64,000 bases of DNA from Rhizophagus irregularis (GCF_026210795.1 NC_089430.1:1736001-1800000); one strand, 5' to 3'. Positions 1-14,170 are shown, counted from the stretch's first letter. The notes: generated by a model from the letters alone, not told the origin. Numbers and translations: made by a program.

Positions 1-2145
1 CATTTTCATAATAGTACTAACTTTCAAATTTTTTATTTATTTATTAACTTCAGCACGTAATTTCATCATTTTAGTCAAATGAAATCAATTTTCTAAATTA
101 ATTAAAAATTGTTCAGCAAGGTTGAAACTACTTGTATATTAATTTTCATGGGTATAGGTATAATACATATGGGAAAATCTACATTTTTCATAATAGTACT
201 AACTTCCAAATTTTTCTTTTTTTTATTTACTAACTTTGGAGCGTAATTTCACCACTTTAGTCAAATGAAATCAACTTTCTTTATTAATTAAAAGTTATTT
301 AGCAGTATAAAATCTACTTAATACTTATAAGACTTATTACATTTTTTATATTAATACTAACTTATGAATTATTGTATAATATATTATTATATTTAAACTA
401 TATACTTTATATAAATATTTTTATTAATAAATTTATTAGTTTTTTCAAAACAAAACAATTTAAATTTTAATAAATTATGTAATATAAGTGAACTTTACCT
501 TGGGTGAATTTTATCTCTGATAAATATTAAAATTACTCTTTTAAATAGTATTTAATTTTAAAAAATAATTTTTTTAATATTTAATTAATATATTATTATT
601 ATTATTATTAGAAGTTATTTTAACATTACACTTTAAAAAATTTATGAAAAATATAAATATAAAAAAATGTATAAATGATTTTTAAAATTAATAATAGAAG
701 TTATTTCAACATTATATATATATATTATATATATTATTAAAAAATTTATAAAAAAAAATAATTTCTAAAATTAATAAATCAATATATTTAACTAATTATT
801 ATATTTTATTGTTTAATATAAATAATTAACAAGTATTTTTTTGTTTAATTTATAGTAAAAATTTGTTTAAATTATTTGAATTGTAAAAAAATTAAAATTT
901 TTACTTTTTAATTAAAACAAATAAAATAAAAAAAAATAAATGCCAAAATCTAATTTTTTAAAATCATAAATAACTTAAATTTCAGAAATTATAATAATTG
1001 AATTACTAGTTATTAATAAATCATTTTCAAAAATCACAAAAATTTTGATTTTTATTTAAATTGATCATCAATTTTTGTAATTTTTGAAAGTATAAAAATT
1101 GCAAATCATCAATTTTTGTGATTTTTGAAAACTAATTTTTTAACAACTAGTAATTCAATTATTATGATTTTTGAAATATAAGTTATTTATGATTTTAAAA
1201 AATCAGATTTTGGCATTTATTTTTTTTTATTTTATTTGTTTTAATTAAAAAGTAAAAATTTTAATTTTTTTACAATTCAAATAATTTAAACAAATTTTTA
1301 CTATAAATTAAACAAAAAAATACTTGTTAATTATTTATATTAAACAATAAAATATAATAATTAGTTAAATATATTGATTTATTAATTTTAGAAATTATTT
1401 TTTTTTATAAATTTTTTAATAATATATATATATAATGTTGAAATAACTTCTATTATTAATTTTAAAAATCATTTATACATTTTTTTATATTTATATTTTT
1501 CATAAATTTTTTAAAGTGTAATGTTAAAATAACTTCTAATAATAATAATAATAATATATTAATTAAATATTAAAAAAATTATTTTTTAAAATTAAATATT
1601 ATTTAAAAGAGTAATTTTAATATTTATCAGAGATAAAATTCACCCAAGGTAAAGTTCACTTATATTACATAATTTATTAAAATTTAAATTGTTTTGTTTT
1701 GAAAAAACTAATAAATTTATTAATAAAAATATTTATATAAAGTATATAGTTTAAATATAATAATATATTATACAATAATTCATAAGTTAGTATTAATATA
1801 AAAAATGTAATAAGTCTTATAAGTATTAAGTAGATTTTATACTGCTAAATAACTTTTAATTAATAAAGAAAGTTGATTTCATTTGACTAAAGTGGTGAAA
1901 TTACGCTCCAAAGTTAGTAAATAAAAAAAGAAAAATTTGGAAGTTAGTACTATTATGAAAAATGTAGATTTTCCCATATGTATTATACCTATACCCATGA
2001 AAATTAATATACAAGTAGTTTCAACCTTGCTGAACAATTTTTAATTAATTTAGAAAATTGATTTCATTTGACTAAAATGATGAAATTACGTGCTGAAGTT
2101 AATAAATAAATAAAAAATTTGAAAGTTAGTACTATTATGAAAATG
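1..2145. repeat. Near-perfect large palindrome (foldback), arms >1 kb, spacer ~1045-1110; left arm runs out of the window
   Basis: Bases 1-30 (cattttcataatagtactaactttcaaatt) are the reverse complement of 2116-2145; spot checks inward keep the symmetry down to aaatcacaaaaatt / aatttttgtgattt near 1030-1125. Confidence 0.9.
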
Positions 2146-2715
2146 TAGATTTCTCCATATATATTATACCTATATCCATAAAAATTAATATACAAGTAGT
2201 TTCGACCTTGCTGAACAATTTTCAATTAATTTAGAAAGTTGATTTCATTTGACTAAAGTGGTAAAATTACGTGCTGAAGTTAATAAATAGAACAAAAATT
2301 TGAAAGTTAGTACCATTATAAAAAATGTAGGTTTCTCTATATGTATTATACCTATACCCATAAAAATTAATATACAAGTGGTTTTGATCTTGCTGAACAA
2401 TTTTTAATTAATTTAAAAAGTTGATTTTATTTGACTAAAGTGGTAAAATTACGTGCTGAAGTTAATAAATAGAACAAAAATTTGAAAGTTAGTACCATTA
2501 TAAAAAATGTAGGTTTCTCTATATGTATTATACCTATACCCATAAAAATTAATATACAAGTGGTTTTGATCTTGCTGAACAATTTTCAATTAATTTAAAA
2601 AGTTGATTTTATTTGACTAAAGTGGTAAAATTATGTGCTGAAGTTAATAAATAAATAAAAAAATTGAAAGTTAATACTATTATGAAAAAATATGGGTTTC
2701 TTTATATGTATCATA
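1860..2715 (+). repeat. ~180-bp tandem repeat (~4.5 copies) in the foldback arm
   Basis: Unit aagttagtac(t/c)attat...atacaagtagtttcgaccttgctgaacaattt...gactaaagtggtaaaattacgtgctgaagtt recurs at ~1941, 2123, 2303, 2486, 2667. Confidence 0.9.
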
Positions 2716-5063
2716 CCAGAACCTCAAACAATATATATAAATGTAAGTTTTGAGTTTTCTTAGTTGAAATATAAAAATTTTTCCTATGAGAGATTTATTA
2801 TTGCTTATTTGATAACATAATTTTAAAATAATAGTCAGATACATATTTGTGTAGTAGAATAGATTTTTTTAATACAATATATATTTTACATTTTTTTCAT
2901 TTTTTTACATTAAAAAAATTTAATAAAATAATGTAAACAAATTTATAAACATATTTGTGTACTAGTTAATTGTATACGTGATACAGGAAACATTTTTACT
3001 AGACGTGATCGTGTAACATGTTTTTGACATAACAAATACGTGATTGCGTAACATTAAAATATAACATATACGCGTCTGTGTAATACTAAAAAAAATATAT
3101 GAGAAGAACAGGTGGGTGAAAAGGGAAAAAGTGTTTTTCTGGTTTTTTTTTTTAATTTTACACTATAATTTTTGTAATAATCAATAAAAGTTATTTCGTT
3201 TTTACTTAGAAATTTTTTTTTTAAAAAATAAAAATTCCGCGTATTGGTAGCATTACAAAAAACATGAATAAATCCACAAATATCTATTCAATAATGATAA
3301 AAATTTGTATATAAGTAGATTCGAACATGCTGAACAACTTTACTTAAGAAGGTTTTGGACGTATCCTTTGACCGAAGTGCCTAAATTACGCTCCGAAGTT
3401 ACAGAACAGATATACGAAAATATTTATAAGAAACATTTATAATATTACAAAAAAAATAAAAAATAATAATAGCTTTATCCATGCATTATTTCAAAAATTT
3501 TTGTTTTTTTTTAGTTTTTTTTATATACATATTTTATAAAAAAAATTATATATATATATATGTCATAAAATAAGTTGCTTAGCAATGTAAAAAATTTATG
3601 GGTTAGATAAAAGTTTGCTTAGTAAACATGAAAAATATTTGCTTATTGACCTTAGTAAATTTTGAATTTTTCATCTGACCTATATATATATATTGTTTGG
3701 GTCCTATTATACATACACTTATAAAAATTAATATACAAGGATTTCATTTGACTAAAGTGGTGACTAGTGAAATTACACTCTAAAGTTATTAAATAAAAAA
3801 ATATAAAACTTTGGAAGTTAATAGTATGTTTGGAAAAAAAGTTACAGTTTAAAAAAATTCATAAAAAATATTTTTTTATATGTATAAATTGTAAAACATA
3901 ATACAAACAACATTTTTTTATATTTATATTTTTTTATAATTTTTTTAAGTGTAATGTTAAAATAACTTCTAATAATAATAATATAATATATATAATATAA
4001 TAAATATATATTAATATATATATTAATTAAATATTAAAAAAAAATCATTTTTTAAAATTAAATATTATTCAAAAATAAGTATTTTTGGCAAAAATTATAA
4101 GGATTTTAGTTTAAATTATATTTTAGCTAAAATTAATATATATAAAAAATACTTAATTTTAAATTATTAAAAAAAAATTTAATATTATTAATAAATTTAT
4201 TATGATAGTTATAATATGATAAGACTGCATCTATAATAAAATTTTAAAAAAAAATCATTAATAAATTTATACAATATTTTACTACTTTATTAAGCTAAAC
4301 TATAAAATTAATTTAATTAAAATTATTCTAATTTTAATAAAATTTGTTATATAATTTATAAAAATACAAAGAAGATTAATAAAATTTAATTGATATTATT
4401 TTATTGATATTATTTCAATTTAAATAAAATATTATTATTTAAAATAAACAAATCTTTAAAATCAATTACTAGTTATGACCTATTACTTCATAACAAAAGG
4501 CAATATTTTTAATTCTGGCCAGAATTATATAATCAGTGCAAAAATTTCCTTTTTTGGAATATTTGCAAAACCAAAATTCCTATTTTTATAAGAAGTAAAA
4601 TTTCCTTTTTTGGAATACTTGCAAAACTAAAATTCCTATTTTTATAAGAAGCAAAATTTCCTTTTTTAGGAATTCGCATAATGTCACGTGATAAAATGCT
4701 AATAGGAGTAATGTTATACAATTTAAATTTATTTATACAGGTAATCTAAATATAACAGTATTTTTTTTATTTATAGATTTTATAATTTTGATTCCATAGT
4801 ATTATTCCTGATGTGTATAGCTTTATTTTAAACCTAAATTTACTTTGTGTAACCTTAATGCATAAAGTTGCATAATTTCCTTATATAGTATATATATATA
4901 TATATATGTAAAATTAAACTAAAATGTAAAAATAATATTATAACATCAGAATTATCAAAATTAATTTATAAATTTGGCCAATATTTATAAATTTGGCCGA
5001 TAGTCAAATAATATAGTTTATAAGCTAAAAGGTTTTGCATAAAAAATCAGTTAAGAAACTACC

Positions 5064-5690
5064 CATGGACAAAATGACCATGAAATTTGATTGGTTAAGT
5101 TAAAATGATAAAGTTTATAAGCTGAAGATTTGCGCAGAAAATCTTAGCTATAAAACTGTCCATGGACAAAATGACCATGAAATTTGATTGGTTAAGTTAA
5201 AATGATAAAGTTTATAAGCTGAAGATTTGCGCAGAAAATCTTAGCTATAAAACTGTCCATGGACAAAATGACCATGAAATTTGATTGGTTAAGTTAAAAT
5301 GATAAAGTTTATAAGCTGAAGATTTGCGCAGAAAATCTTAGCTATAAAACTGTCCATTGGACAAAATGACCATGAAATTTGATTGGTTAAGTTAAAATGA
5401 TAAAGTTTATAAGCTGAAGATTTGCGCAGAAAATCTTAGCTATAAAACTGTCCATGGACAAAATCAGCCCATAAAATTTGATTGGTTAAGTTAAAATGAT
5501 AAAGTTTATAAGCTGAAGATTTGCGCAGAAAATCTTAGCTATAAAACTGTTCATGGACAAAATGACCATGAAATTTGATTGGTTAAGTTAAAATGATAAA
5601 GTTTATAAGCTGAAGATTTGCGCAGAAAATCTTAGCTATAAAACTGTCCATGGACAAAATCAGCCCATAAAATTTGATTGGTTAATTAAA
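5064..5690 (+). repeat. ~97-bp tandem repeat (~6.5 copies)
   Basis: catggacaaaatgaccatgaaatttgattggttaagttaaaatgataaagtttataagctgaagatttgcgcagaaaatcttagctataaaactgtc repeated (5064, 5161, ...); a diverged inverted copy lies at ~7065-7150. Confidence 0.92.
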
Positions 5691-6194
5691 TATTAGCCAA
5701 AATTACATATTGGTAGTTAAAATTTGGTAATCTGACCAGCATTTATACCATTTAATCAGGATCCTGAACATTACATATACAACTCAGAGGGTAACTATTT
5801 CACAGATTGACCTAAATTTCACAAAAAAAAATCAGTTTTTTGCAATTATCTTGGCATTCAGTGGTCCAATTTGTGTGAACTTTTTTTTGTTTTGTAGCTC
5901 TCATCGAGCTCTACAAAATAAAAAATAATCCGCATGAATCGGATCACTGAATGCTGAGATAATCGCAAAAAACGGAAAATAAAAAAAGAGCAAATTGAGT
6001 CTTTTTTGGCAAAAAGTCAATTGTGAGTTCTATAAGAGATGCCCAGGATCCTATTTAATCCTATTTGTGTTAAAGTTATATAATGTTATACAAATTTTTA
6101 AAAAGGAAATTTTAAAATTTTACTTCCAGAAAATTTTAGAAAATTATCCAAAAATAGATATTTTTACATCATTATTTAATTCTAACTGGACTAT

Positions 6195-6905
6195 TTAAAT
6201 TGGTTAATTAATTTGATTGGCTAATTTAAAAGCAAGTGGACAATTTTGTCCAAAGTGATTTGGCCAGAATTACTTCAATTTTGGCTGAATTTATTACGTA
6301 ACTGATAATTTGATTACAGAATTTGATTGGTTAATTTGAAAATAAGTGGACAATTTTGTCCAAAATTATTTGGCCTGAATTACCTTGAATTACCTTAATT
6401 TTGGCTGAATTTATGGTGTAATTTTGCAGAATTTGATTGGCTAATTTAAAAGTAAGTGGACAATTTTGTCCAAAATGTTTTGCAGAATTTGATTGGCTAA
6501 TTTGAAAATAAGTGGACAATTTTGTCCAAAATGATTTGCCCCGAATTACCTTGAATTACCTTAATTTTGGCTGAATTTATGGTATAATTTTGCAGAATTT
6601 GATTGGCTAATTTAAAAGTAAATGGACAATTTTGTCCAAAATGTTTTGCAGAATTTGATTGGCTAATTTGAAAATAAGTGGACAATTTTGTCCAAAATGA
6701 TTTGGCCTAAATTACCTTGAATTACCTTAATTTTGGCTGAATTTATGGTGTAATTTTACAGAATTTGATTGGCTAATTTAAAAGTAAGTGGACAATTTTG
6801 TCCAAAATGATTTGCAGAATTTGATTGGCTAATTTGAAAATAAGTGGACAATTTTGTCCAAAATGATTTGGCCTAAATTACCTTGAATTACCTTAATTTT
6901 GGCTA
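6195..6905 (+). repeat. ~166-bp higher-order tandem repeat built of gattggctaattt...ggacaattttgtcc subunits
   Basis: Near-identical spurious ORFs 6331-6519 and 6497-6685 are offset by 166 bp; the near-palindrome GGACAATTTTGTCC recurs in each subunit. Confidence 0.9.
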
Positions 6906-9073
6906 TAATTAATGTGTAACCTTAAAATTTTTTTTGACTTTTTTTGGTTATTAGGTAGTACAAAATACATATTATTGCAATCCTTACATGCTGGTTTATA
7001 GGCAAATCTGCAGTCAGAAATTATAGAATTGCCTTATTTGATAGCTTAATATTAATCAAGTATTAACCAATCAAATCCCATGGTCTGATCTGACCATGGA
7101 CAGCTTCTTATCTGATGTTTTGTGCCCGAAATTCCAGCTTATAAACTATGTCGATCATTTGGATTGGGTGAGATTTGTGATTGTCAATCAAAAAAAAGTT
7201 TCTTGTATAACTAAAAAAAAATACAATGTGTAACCGTAACGTTTAGATTAGCCTGAATTTGCTGATCCGTATTCTTTATAGCTAAGACCCGCTTGATTAG
7301 TCCAAGTTAAGTCAAGTTCATTTAATAATCCAATTCCGGTTAATGAAATTTTAATCAGAATTTTTTACCGATTTAAACCGATTTCTTTCTTTATCCTTTT
7401 ACTTTTCCCCAAATTTTATTTTTCGTTTTTTTTTTCAAATTTTCTTTATTGTTATTTTTTTTTCTGTTTTTTTTCGAATTCTTTAAAACCTTTTTCTTTT
7501 TTCGAGTTGGTCTTTTTTCCAATCCGAAAATTCTTTTTTCACTTTTCTTTTTTCGGTTTGGCTATCTGAAAAACTTTTTTTCACCTTTCTTTTTCGGTTT
7601 GGCTTTTTTTTCAAATCGAATTTTTTTTTCCCGAACCACATTCTTAAACCATTTAGATTTGGATCGGCGATCGGATTGACGCTGCGGCATTACGGACTCA
7701 CGGTAATTGTCTTTTCCCCCGATTCTTATCATTATTATTATTAATAATAATTTCCCTAATTAATTTACTTATTTATTTTTTGTAACAATAGATCGGTATA
7801 GTAAATTTTATGGGAAATTGTTTTTTTCATGACAATAGAACGTTATAATTAATTTTTCTGAGGAATTGATTGTTATAATTGATTTTTGGGGATTTTTTTT
7901 TCACATTAGTAATTAGTGAGATATTTTATTTTCTATAACAATAGATTGCTATAATGAATTTCTTTGAGATATGGTAACAATATATATGTATTTTTTTTCA
8001 CAGAGGATGTAATTTTTTTTAATGTTACAATAAAATTTTTTAAGATAAAAAAAAAGGATTTTTTTTTGTAACAATGTAACAATAAACTATTATACAAAAT
8101 TGTTTTTGTAATGAATTTATAAATAAATCATAAATTTCACAGTACCGCAACATTCATTTCGTGTGATAAATAAAATTTGCGTTTAATAATAATATTTCAT
8201 ATACTGTATAACACTTGCACACAACTCATTATTATTTGTATAATCATATAAATTGTGTAATTTATTACATTTATTTCCTACTAATCCCATCATAATAATA
8301 GTAAAAAACTAGACCTATTCACACTGCATGGTAAATAAAATATAAGTGTATTTATTATTACTCTCTTACTTTATCGTCTCTGGTGCAACGCGATAGTATT
8401 ATCCTAATACAATACTTTCTGAATAGTAAATATTACGGCTCTTTAATTTCCTGAGGATATCGAAATTTCTTTTTACAGAATTCCTTGGGTAGATGCATGG
8501 GAATGCAGAAATACTGTAGGTTGGTAAATTAAAATAGGGGGCAGTAATCGCAATTCCTTCCGAACAATTCCCATTGCAAGGCATTGCTTCTTTTCAAGAT
8601 TACCAGATCAGTGTTAATGAAAATTCTGATGAAAAAAAATGAAAAATTAATTTTTTGTTATCACAGGAAAATAGAAACCAATTTCATGAGGTTGATCTCT
8701 AATCATTTTAATTTTTATGCTATTCTGTAGTCCTTTCTTATGTTTATATTTCATACAGTAGACATGACGAAGTTCACGTTGATCAGAAGTTTCTTTCTCT
8801 CTGTTTTTACATTTTCGATCCATTGCATTTACTATCATGACGAAAGTTGAAGTCTGCGAAGTAGAGCTGCGACCCGTTACCCGTTTACCCAGATACAATT
8901 CGGGTATACTCGAGTATCTATGAGTATCCGTTTTATGTTGACATATTACCCAGGTATTACTCAGGTAATTGCTCCATAAATTTTGCCAGAATTAAGATGT
9001 TACAGAATTTTAATGCCCGGCCAGAATTAATGTTTATAAATCACTTGGTGATCGAATGGGGTGCTAATAAGCA

Positions 9074-9620
9074 TAGGGATGCCAACGGTCAGTTCGGTTC
9101 GGTTTTGGTTTTAAAACCGCAGTTTTCAGCTGAAACCGAACTGACTGCAAAACCGACCGATAAAACCGAATTGTAAAACCGATCGCAAAACTACTGCAAA
9201 TTGAATGAACTAATGTTAGAAAGTATTAATTATAATTTTATTTGATAATATTTCTTAAAGTTATAATTTTTTTTTTACGATAATAATGTCAATTTTGCGA
9301 TTTTTTTCAGCAGAATGAAAAATCACGTGATCGATGCGTAAAATATAAATTTTCTATTATTTCAAAAACAAGAATAATATATATGTATTTATACAACTAA
9401 ATCATAATTTTTAATAGTATTCTCAATAAAATTAATAAAACAAACATTTTTTTCTTTTGGAATATATGATTAACTGATCAGTTTTTTTTGTCGGTTTTTT
9501 TATATATAAAACTGAGGGTTAACCGGTCGGTCTTGGACTGAAACCGAACTGTAACCGAACTGGTAAAAACCGGTTATAATCGGTTATAATCGGTTATAAC
9601 CGAAACTTTTGGCATCCCTA
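9074..9620. mobile_element. hAT-type MITE (TIR TAGGGATGCCAA)
   Basis: tagggatgccaa ... ttggcatcccta with subterminal AACCG repeats; no clean TSD readable. Confidence 0.8.
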
Positions 9621-9623
9621 ATC

Positions 9624-9946
9624 TAGTGTTTGGATCCGGATAAAAACCGTTATCCGGATAAAATAATTACTCAATCCGGATAAAAACTTTAATTTTGTAA
9701 AAGGTGGAATTAAATCCAATTATCAACAAATTTGAGTACTATGATCGTATTTGTAACACTAAGAGCTTTCAAACAAGCCATAAATCATAAAGTTCTGATC
9801 ATTAGTTCATGAAATACAACAGTTTATCCGAAATCTGCAATCTGGATAAAATCCGATGAAATCCGGATAAAACCGCGGTTTTTACCCGGATAATTGCACT
9901 TTATCCGGATTGACCCAGGTCAAACCGGATTCGGATCCAAACACTA
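9624..9946. mobile_element. hAT-type MITE (TIR TAGTGTTTGGATCCG), 8-bp TSD ccctaatc
   Basis: TSD at 9616-9623 and 9947-9954; ATCCGG subterminal repeats. Confidence 0.92.
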
Positions 9947-10154
9947 CCCTAATCAAGATAATAATACAATTAGTAAGTAAATATGTATCAATGATCAAAA
10001 AAAAGTTTAATATATTATAATTTTATTATATACATCAGGACAGTAAATTATTTTTTATGATTTATAACGAACATTTAACATTTTAAGTTTGTCTTGCACG
10101 TTAAATAAACAAGTAATTAAAAAAAAGAACATTTAAAATTTTGAATTTTTAAAA

Positions 10155-10445
10155 TCAAAGTTTCTTAGGAAACCAAGTTTCTGCGTCAGCGTCACGTTCC
10201 TCCAACGCTTCTGGTTCTGCGTCATGTTGGCCCAGGCCACTTCCTAGGTTGAGCTTCTGCATCTGCGTCATGTTTTACATCATTTGGTTCTGAGTTACCC
10301 AAAGCTTTTATAATATTATTAAAAGATTCCATTTTAATAATTAATATTAAAATTAATAAAAAAAAGAAAAAACTTTAACATGAAGAAATTGTTTATTGGG
10401 TAATACCCGCTAAAACAATAGTAAAGACAAATATTTAGATCGCAT
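10155..10445 (-). pseudogene. Decayed paralogue of the Kex2-processed repeat peptide precursor
   Basis: ATG 10445; frameshifted signal-peptide exon ending GCG G|GTATTA; intron to taaaag at 10305; exon 2 reads ALGNSEPNDV-KH-DADAEA-QPRKWPG/(frameshift)QH-DAEPEA-LEER-DADAET-WFPKKL*. Confidence 0.75.
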
Positions 10446-12589
10446 GATTGATTTTATGTATGTTATATTTGTTATATAAAATTTTTAATTTGTTTGTTAA
10501 TTTATTTTTTATAAAAAATTTCTCTCCTCTTTCTCAAAGTGTTTATATAGGAAAATTTTCTATATTAACTCATTATTTATGATAACATTGTTTTAATTAG
10601 TATTCCGAAATTTAAGCAGCCATTTTTTTTTTTTTTAAATTTAACTCCGGCCAAAGTCATCATAATTCTGACCAAAATCGCACATAATGCGGGCCGACGT
10701 TGCTTATTTTCAGGTATTACCAATGAAAGAAGACGTACAATTGCCACGTTTTATTACATTGCGCCATGTTAAATCTACAATTGAATAGCAGAGCCACTTT
10801 AACCTTTATATTAATAATGTGAGAATGCGAGATTCTGATTTCAATAATTATTTTGAGCCGCAATCATCGTAAATTGTTGTTTTATTAACGAGAGTGAATT
10901 AAAAAGATACGTTACGAGAGTATTTTTGCCACGTTTTTTTACATTGCGCAATCGGAATGAAACGGTATTAATAATGTGAAAATAGATGATCTTTTTTTTT
11001 TAAAAAAAAAAATTCATGAGTAAATATGTCTCATTTTAAACTGATTTACTGATTTTGAATAATTATCATCATATTATTATCTTTACTTAAAACTTAATAT
11101 TTTAAGTTACATCATTGATTTCATTTCACAGCCACTTCAATGGAAGTGGCTCGGACAATCTAATCACATCACCACGTGATTTATCAAAAAATACTTTATC
11201 ACCATTTTAATGCGTTTCCATATGATTTCAATTAAAAGTAGTAAAAGTAGTAAAGTTAATAAAACAAAAAATTTTAAACTAATAAATCGCGTGATTCAAA
11301 ATCTTTTTTATTATACAATATAATATATTTTTATATTTTAGTTTCTTTATTTTAAAATAAACAGAATAAAATTAATAAAAATTCTCGGAATGTATAACAT
11401 TGTTTAAATATGAATTTATACGATTGAAAAGACACATGATTTGTCATTTAAAATCTTTTTTAAGTCATTTTTTTCCGAAAAAATATTGGCAGATACTATT
11501 TATTACTTAATATATGTGAATATAAAAATTTAATTTTTTTAAAAGAGTAACGAAAAAAATTTATATTCCATTACAAAACAATAAGTTTATTAAAAGTTAT
11601 GAATACAAATTTTTATTAAATAATTGTATTGAACTAAAAGTTATTTGTGATTATTAATATTTATTATATTATGGCTTTTATGAACTGGAATAGGTATATT
11701 GGATCATTGTTAGAGAAATTTTGCTTTTTATTCCAGAATAATCAAAAATTGTTGAAATTAGATCACAGGAAGCTTAGGTATTGATTTTTAAATAAATGAT
11801 TAGAATGGTGGTCAATTTTTGCGAAATATGAACAGGAAATATATATTTTTTATTAATATATTAATATTTGGTATAACCCCCATTACATCAATACATGATT
11901 TAATACATGAGACAATTGAGACATGCTTAACCATTAAGGTGTTATCAAGATCTTCTAATTACATCAAAAAATTTTCCTTTGAAAAAATTTTCTTTAGAAC
12001 AGCTCATATATTTTAATAGGGATAGTAAGATCTGAACTATAGGAAGGTCAAGGATGGATCCGGCTTGGAAGGCGAGTTTTCAACATCACTGGAAGTAGAG
12101 CCATTATCTTATTATTAAATAAATTTATCTATCACATTAAAGAATATGTAATCCTAAAATTATTATATTGATTAGACTCAAATTCATGGAAAATACTTTG
12201 TTCAAAATTATTTAGAAATTACAAGTTATTTCAATTAAATTTTACAGTGTGTAATTCAGTTCACATAAATTAAATAAGTATAAAACTTTCATAACCGAAT
12301 CTTTATAATCAATCAATTTTTTAAAAAGAATTAATTGTTTACAAAGAGACTTTTATACCTTTTACCTTTTATCCTGTAGTATAGGAGGTAATTTCTTAGA
12401 ATTATGTTATGATTATGGTGATACAAAAGAATAAAAAGTAATTTCATTAATAAAAAAAAGTGTTTACTATGGTAACGCGTGTCATCTGACGCAAATTGAT
12501 ACCTGAGGCATAACACAATAACACATACACTTGACTACATTTAACTTTTAATATTCGAAATAAATTTTTTTTTAAGAATAAAAACTCTA

Positions 12590-14170
12590 TATCTACCAAA
12601 CTTTATTATCTCTTATCTTTTTCTCATAATCTTTTTTTTTTTTTAGAGAGAATATGTTCATAATTATCAGAATCGCTCGTTACCCACATTAAGAAATATT
12701 CACCGAAGGATGGTCCATAATTACGAAATCTATTATCTCGATGCACATTTTCCACATTACTTAAAAATTGTATCTTTAAAAATTACACTTACTCTTAAAG
12801 GAAAAAATAAAACTATGTCTAATATTATAATATTGTCCAGCAGTATTCTAAACTGTAGGATTTACATCCACCAAGAATTTCTTCTGTTCCTTTTACTTGT
12901 AATAAATGTAATACCAACTTCACTGTCGCATAATTCATGAAACTTTTAGGAATAAATCCATCTCTGCTTCCTCCGTCTTAATAATTTAAATTCGAACGGA
13001 AGGTATAAGGTATAATTCTCTCAGATATGAAAATTTATTATTATAATCCACATTATTAATCCATCTTGAAATAATTGAAATTATATTCAAACTATCAATT
13101 TTTGTACCAAGTTTTAAATTAGTACTTACTTTTCTCGGAAGTAAAATATTATTATCACTTGATTCACTGTCAGGATTTATATAAGAACTTAACAAATTTT
13201 CACATATTTGTTGATCAAGAAGTTTTTTATAGGGATGAATTTTACGTAAGAAATATTTAGGTGATAAACTAAAAATCCAATCACAGGTATACAATGCTGT
13301 AAAGTATTTTTCATTAATTTAAAATCAAGTATCAGAAGATTTTGAAATAATGGTTGGATTTTTTGCAATACCCCTTCTTAATATATGTTCCCAAATCGCG
13401 ATTTCTTTCATTTGTAAATCATCTCTTTTAGTAAGGGCAATGACAGATATTACCTAATATCAGTTTATTATAAGAGCTTACCCCCCCTCCCCCAGGTAAG
13501 ATATATTATATATGTAACCTAAGATTTTCAATTACCCCCCCTCCCCCTAGAATATTAGGTAATATCTGTCACTGCCCTAAGTGAAACTAAAGATTTTTCT
13601 GGAAGTAAAGTAAAATCGAGTGAATCAAATACTTTCTTTAGAGAGTTTGCCATAATACCGTACTACATTGTTGAAGTTCTGATAAATTATTCTTGTTCTA
13701 TTGTGTGTGTTCAATACACACGGATTTATTTCATTGAAGTTGAAGTTGATCAGCAGTAGCCAATAATTCAAAATTTTCTGAAACGTTTTGTCCATTTAAC
13801 GAAAGAATGTCACCATAAATATACCTATGGTATAAAACAAAAATAAAATAAAATAAAATTATTGAATATAAATAAGATTATGCTACATTAAATTAAATTT
13901 ATTAAAATTCTTATATTAAAATTATTTGAAAAACTTCTGATGATATTTTTGGTAATTTAATACGAGTTAAGACATTATCATTATTTTTTTTTTTATTTGA
14001 AGCCAAAGTTCTTCGTAAATAAGGAGAACGGTATCATAATATATTTGTATGTGTACGAAATATTTTACGTCAGGATCTTCCCCAACTTCAATTGTAATAT
14101 CATAATACTCATCATCTTTTAATAATTCAATAAGATTTTGACTTAATTTCGAAAAAATTGAGTAGAGTCA
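12590..14170 (-). pseudogene. BTB/POZ-BACK-TLDc domain protein pseudogene
   Basis: Minus strand reads STQFFSKLSQNLIELLKDDEYYDITIEVGEDP (BTB), SLVSLTKRDDLQMKEIAIWE (BACK-like) and GSRDGF..SFHELCD..VKGTEEILGG..GPSFG (TLDc); no start codon, frameshifts and a MITE insertion. Confidence 0.85.
13435..13577. mobile_element. PIF/Harbinger (Tourist-like) MITE, TSD TAA
   Basis: taa|gggcaatgacagatattacctaata ... tattaggtaatatctgtcactgccc|taa; removing it restores the BACK reading frame (VSLTKRD). Confidence 0.88.

Noticed and set aside
6331..6685. Duplicated 62-aa ORFs
   Set aside because: By-products of the 166-bp satellite
8862..8975. tagagctgcgacccg... MITE-like end
   Set aside because: No matching second TIR or TSD found; solo fragment
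11650..12110. Possible decayed gene on the minus strand
   Set aside because: Too many stops; no motif I can support
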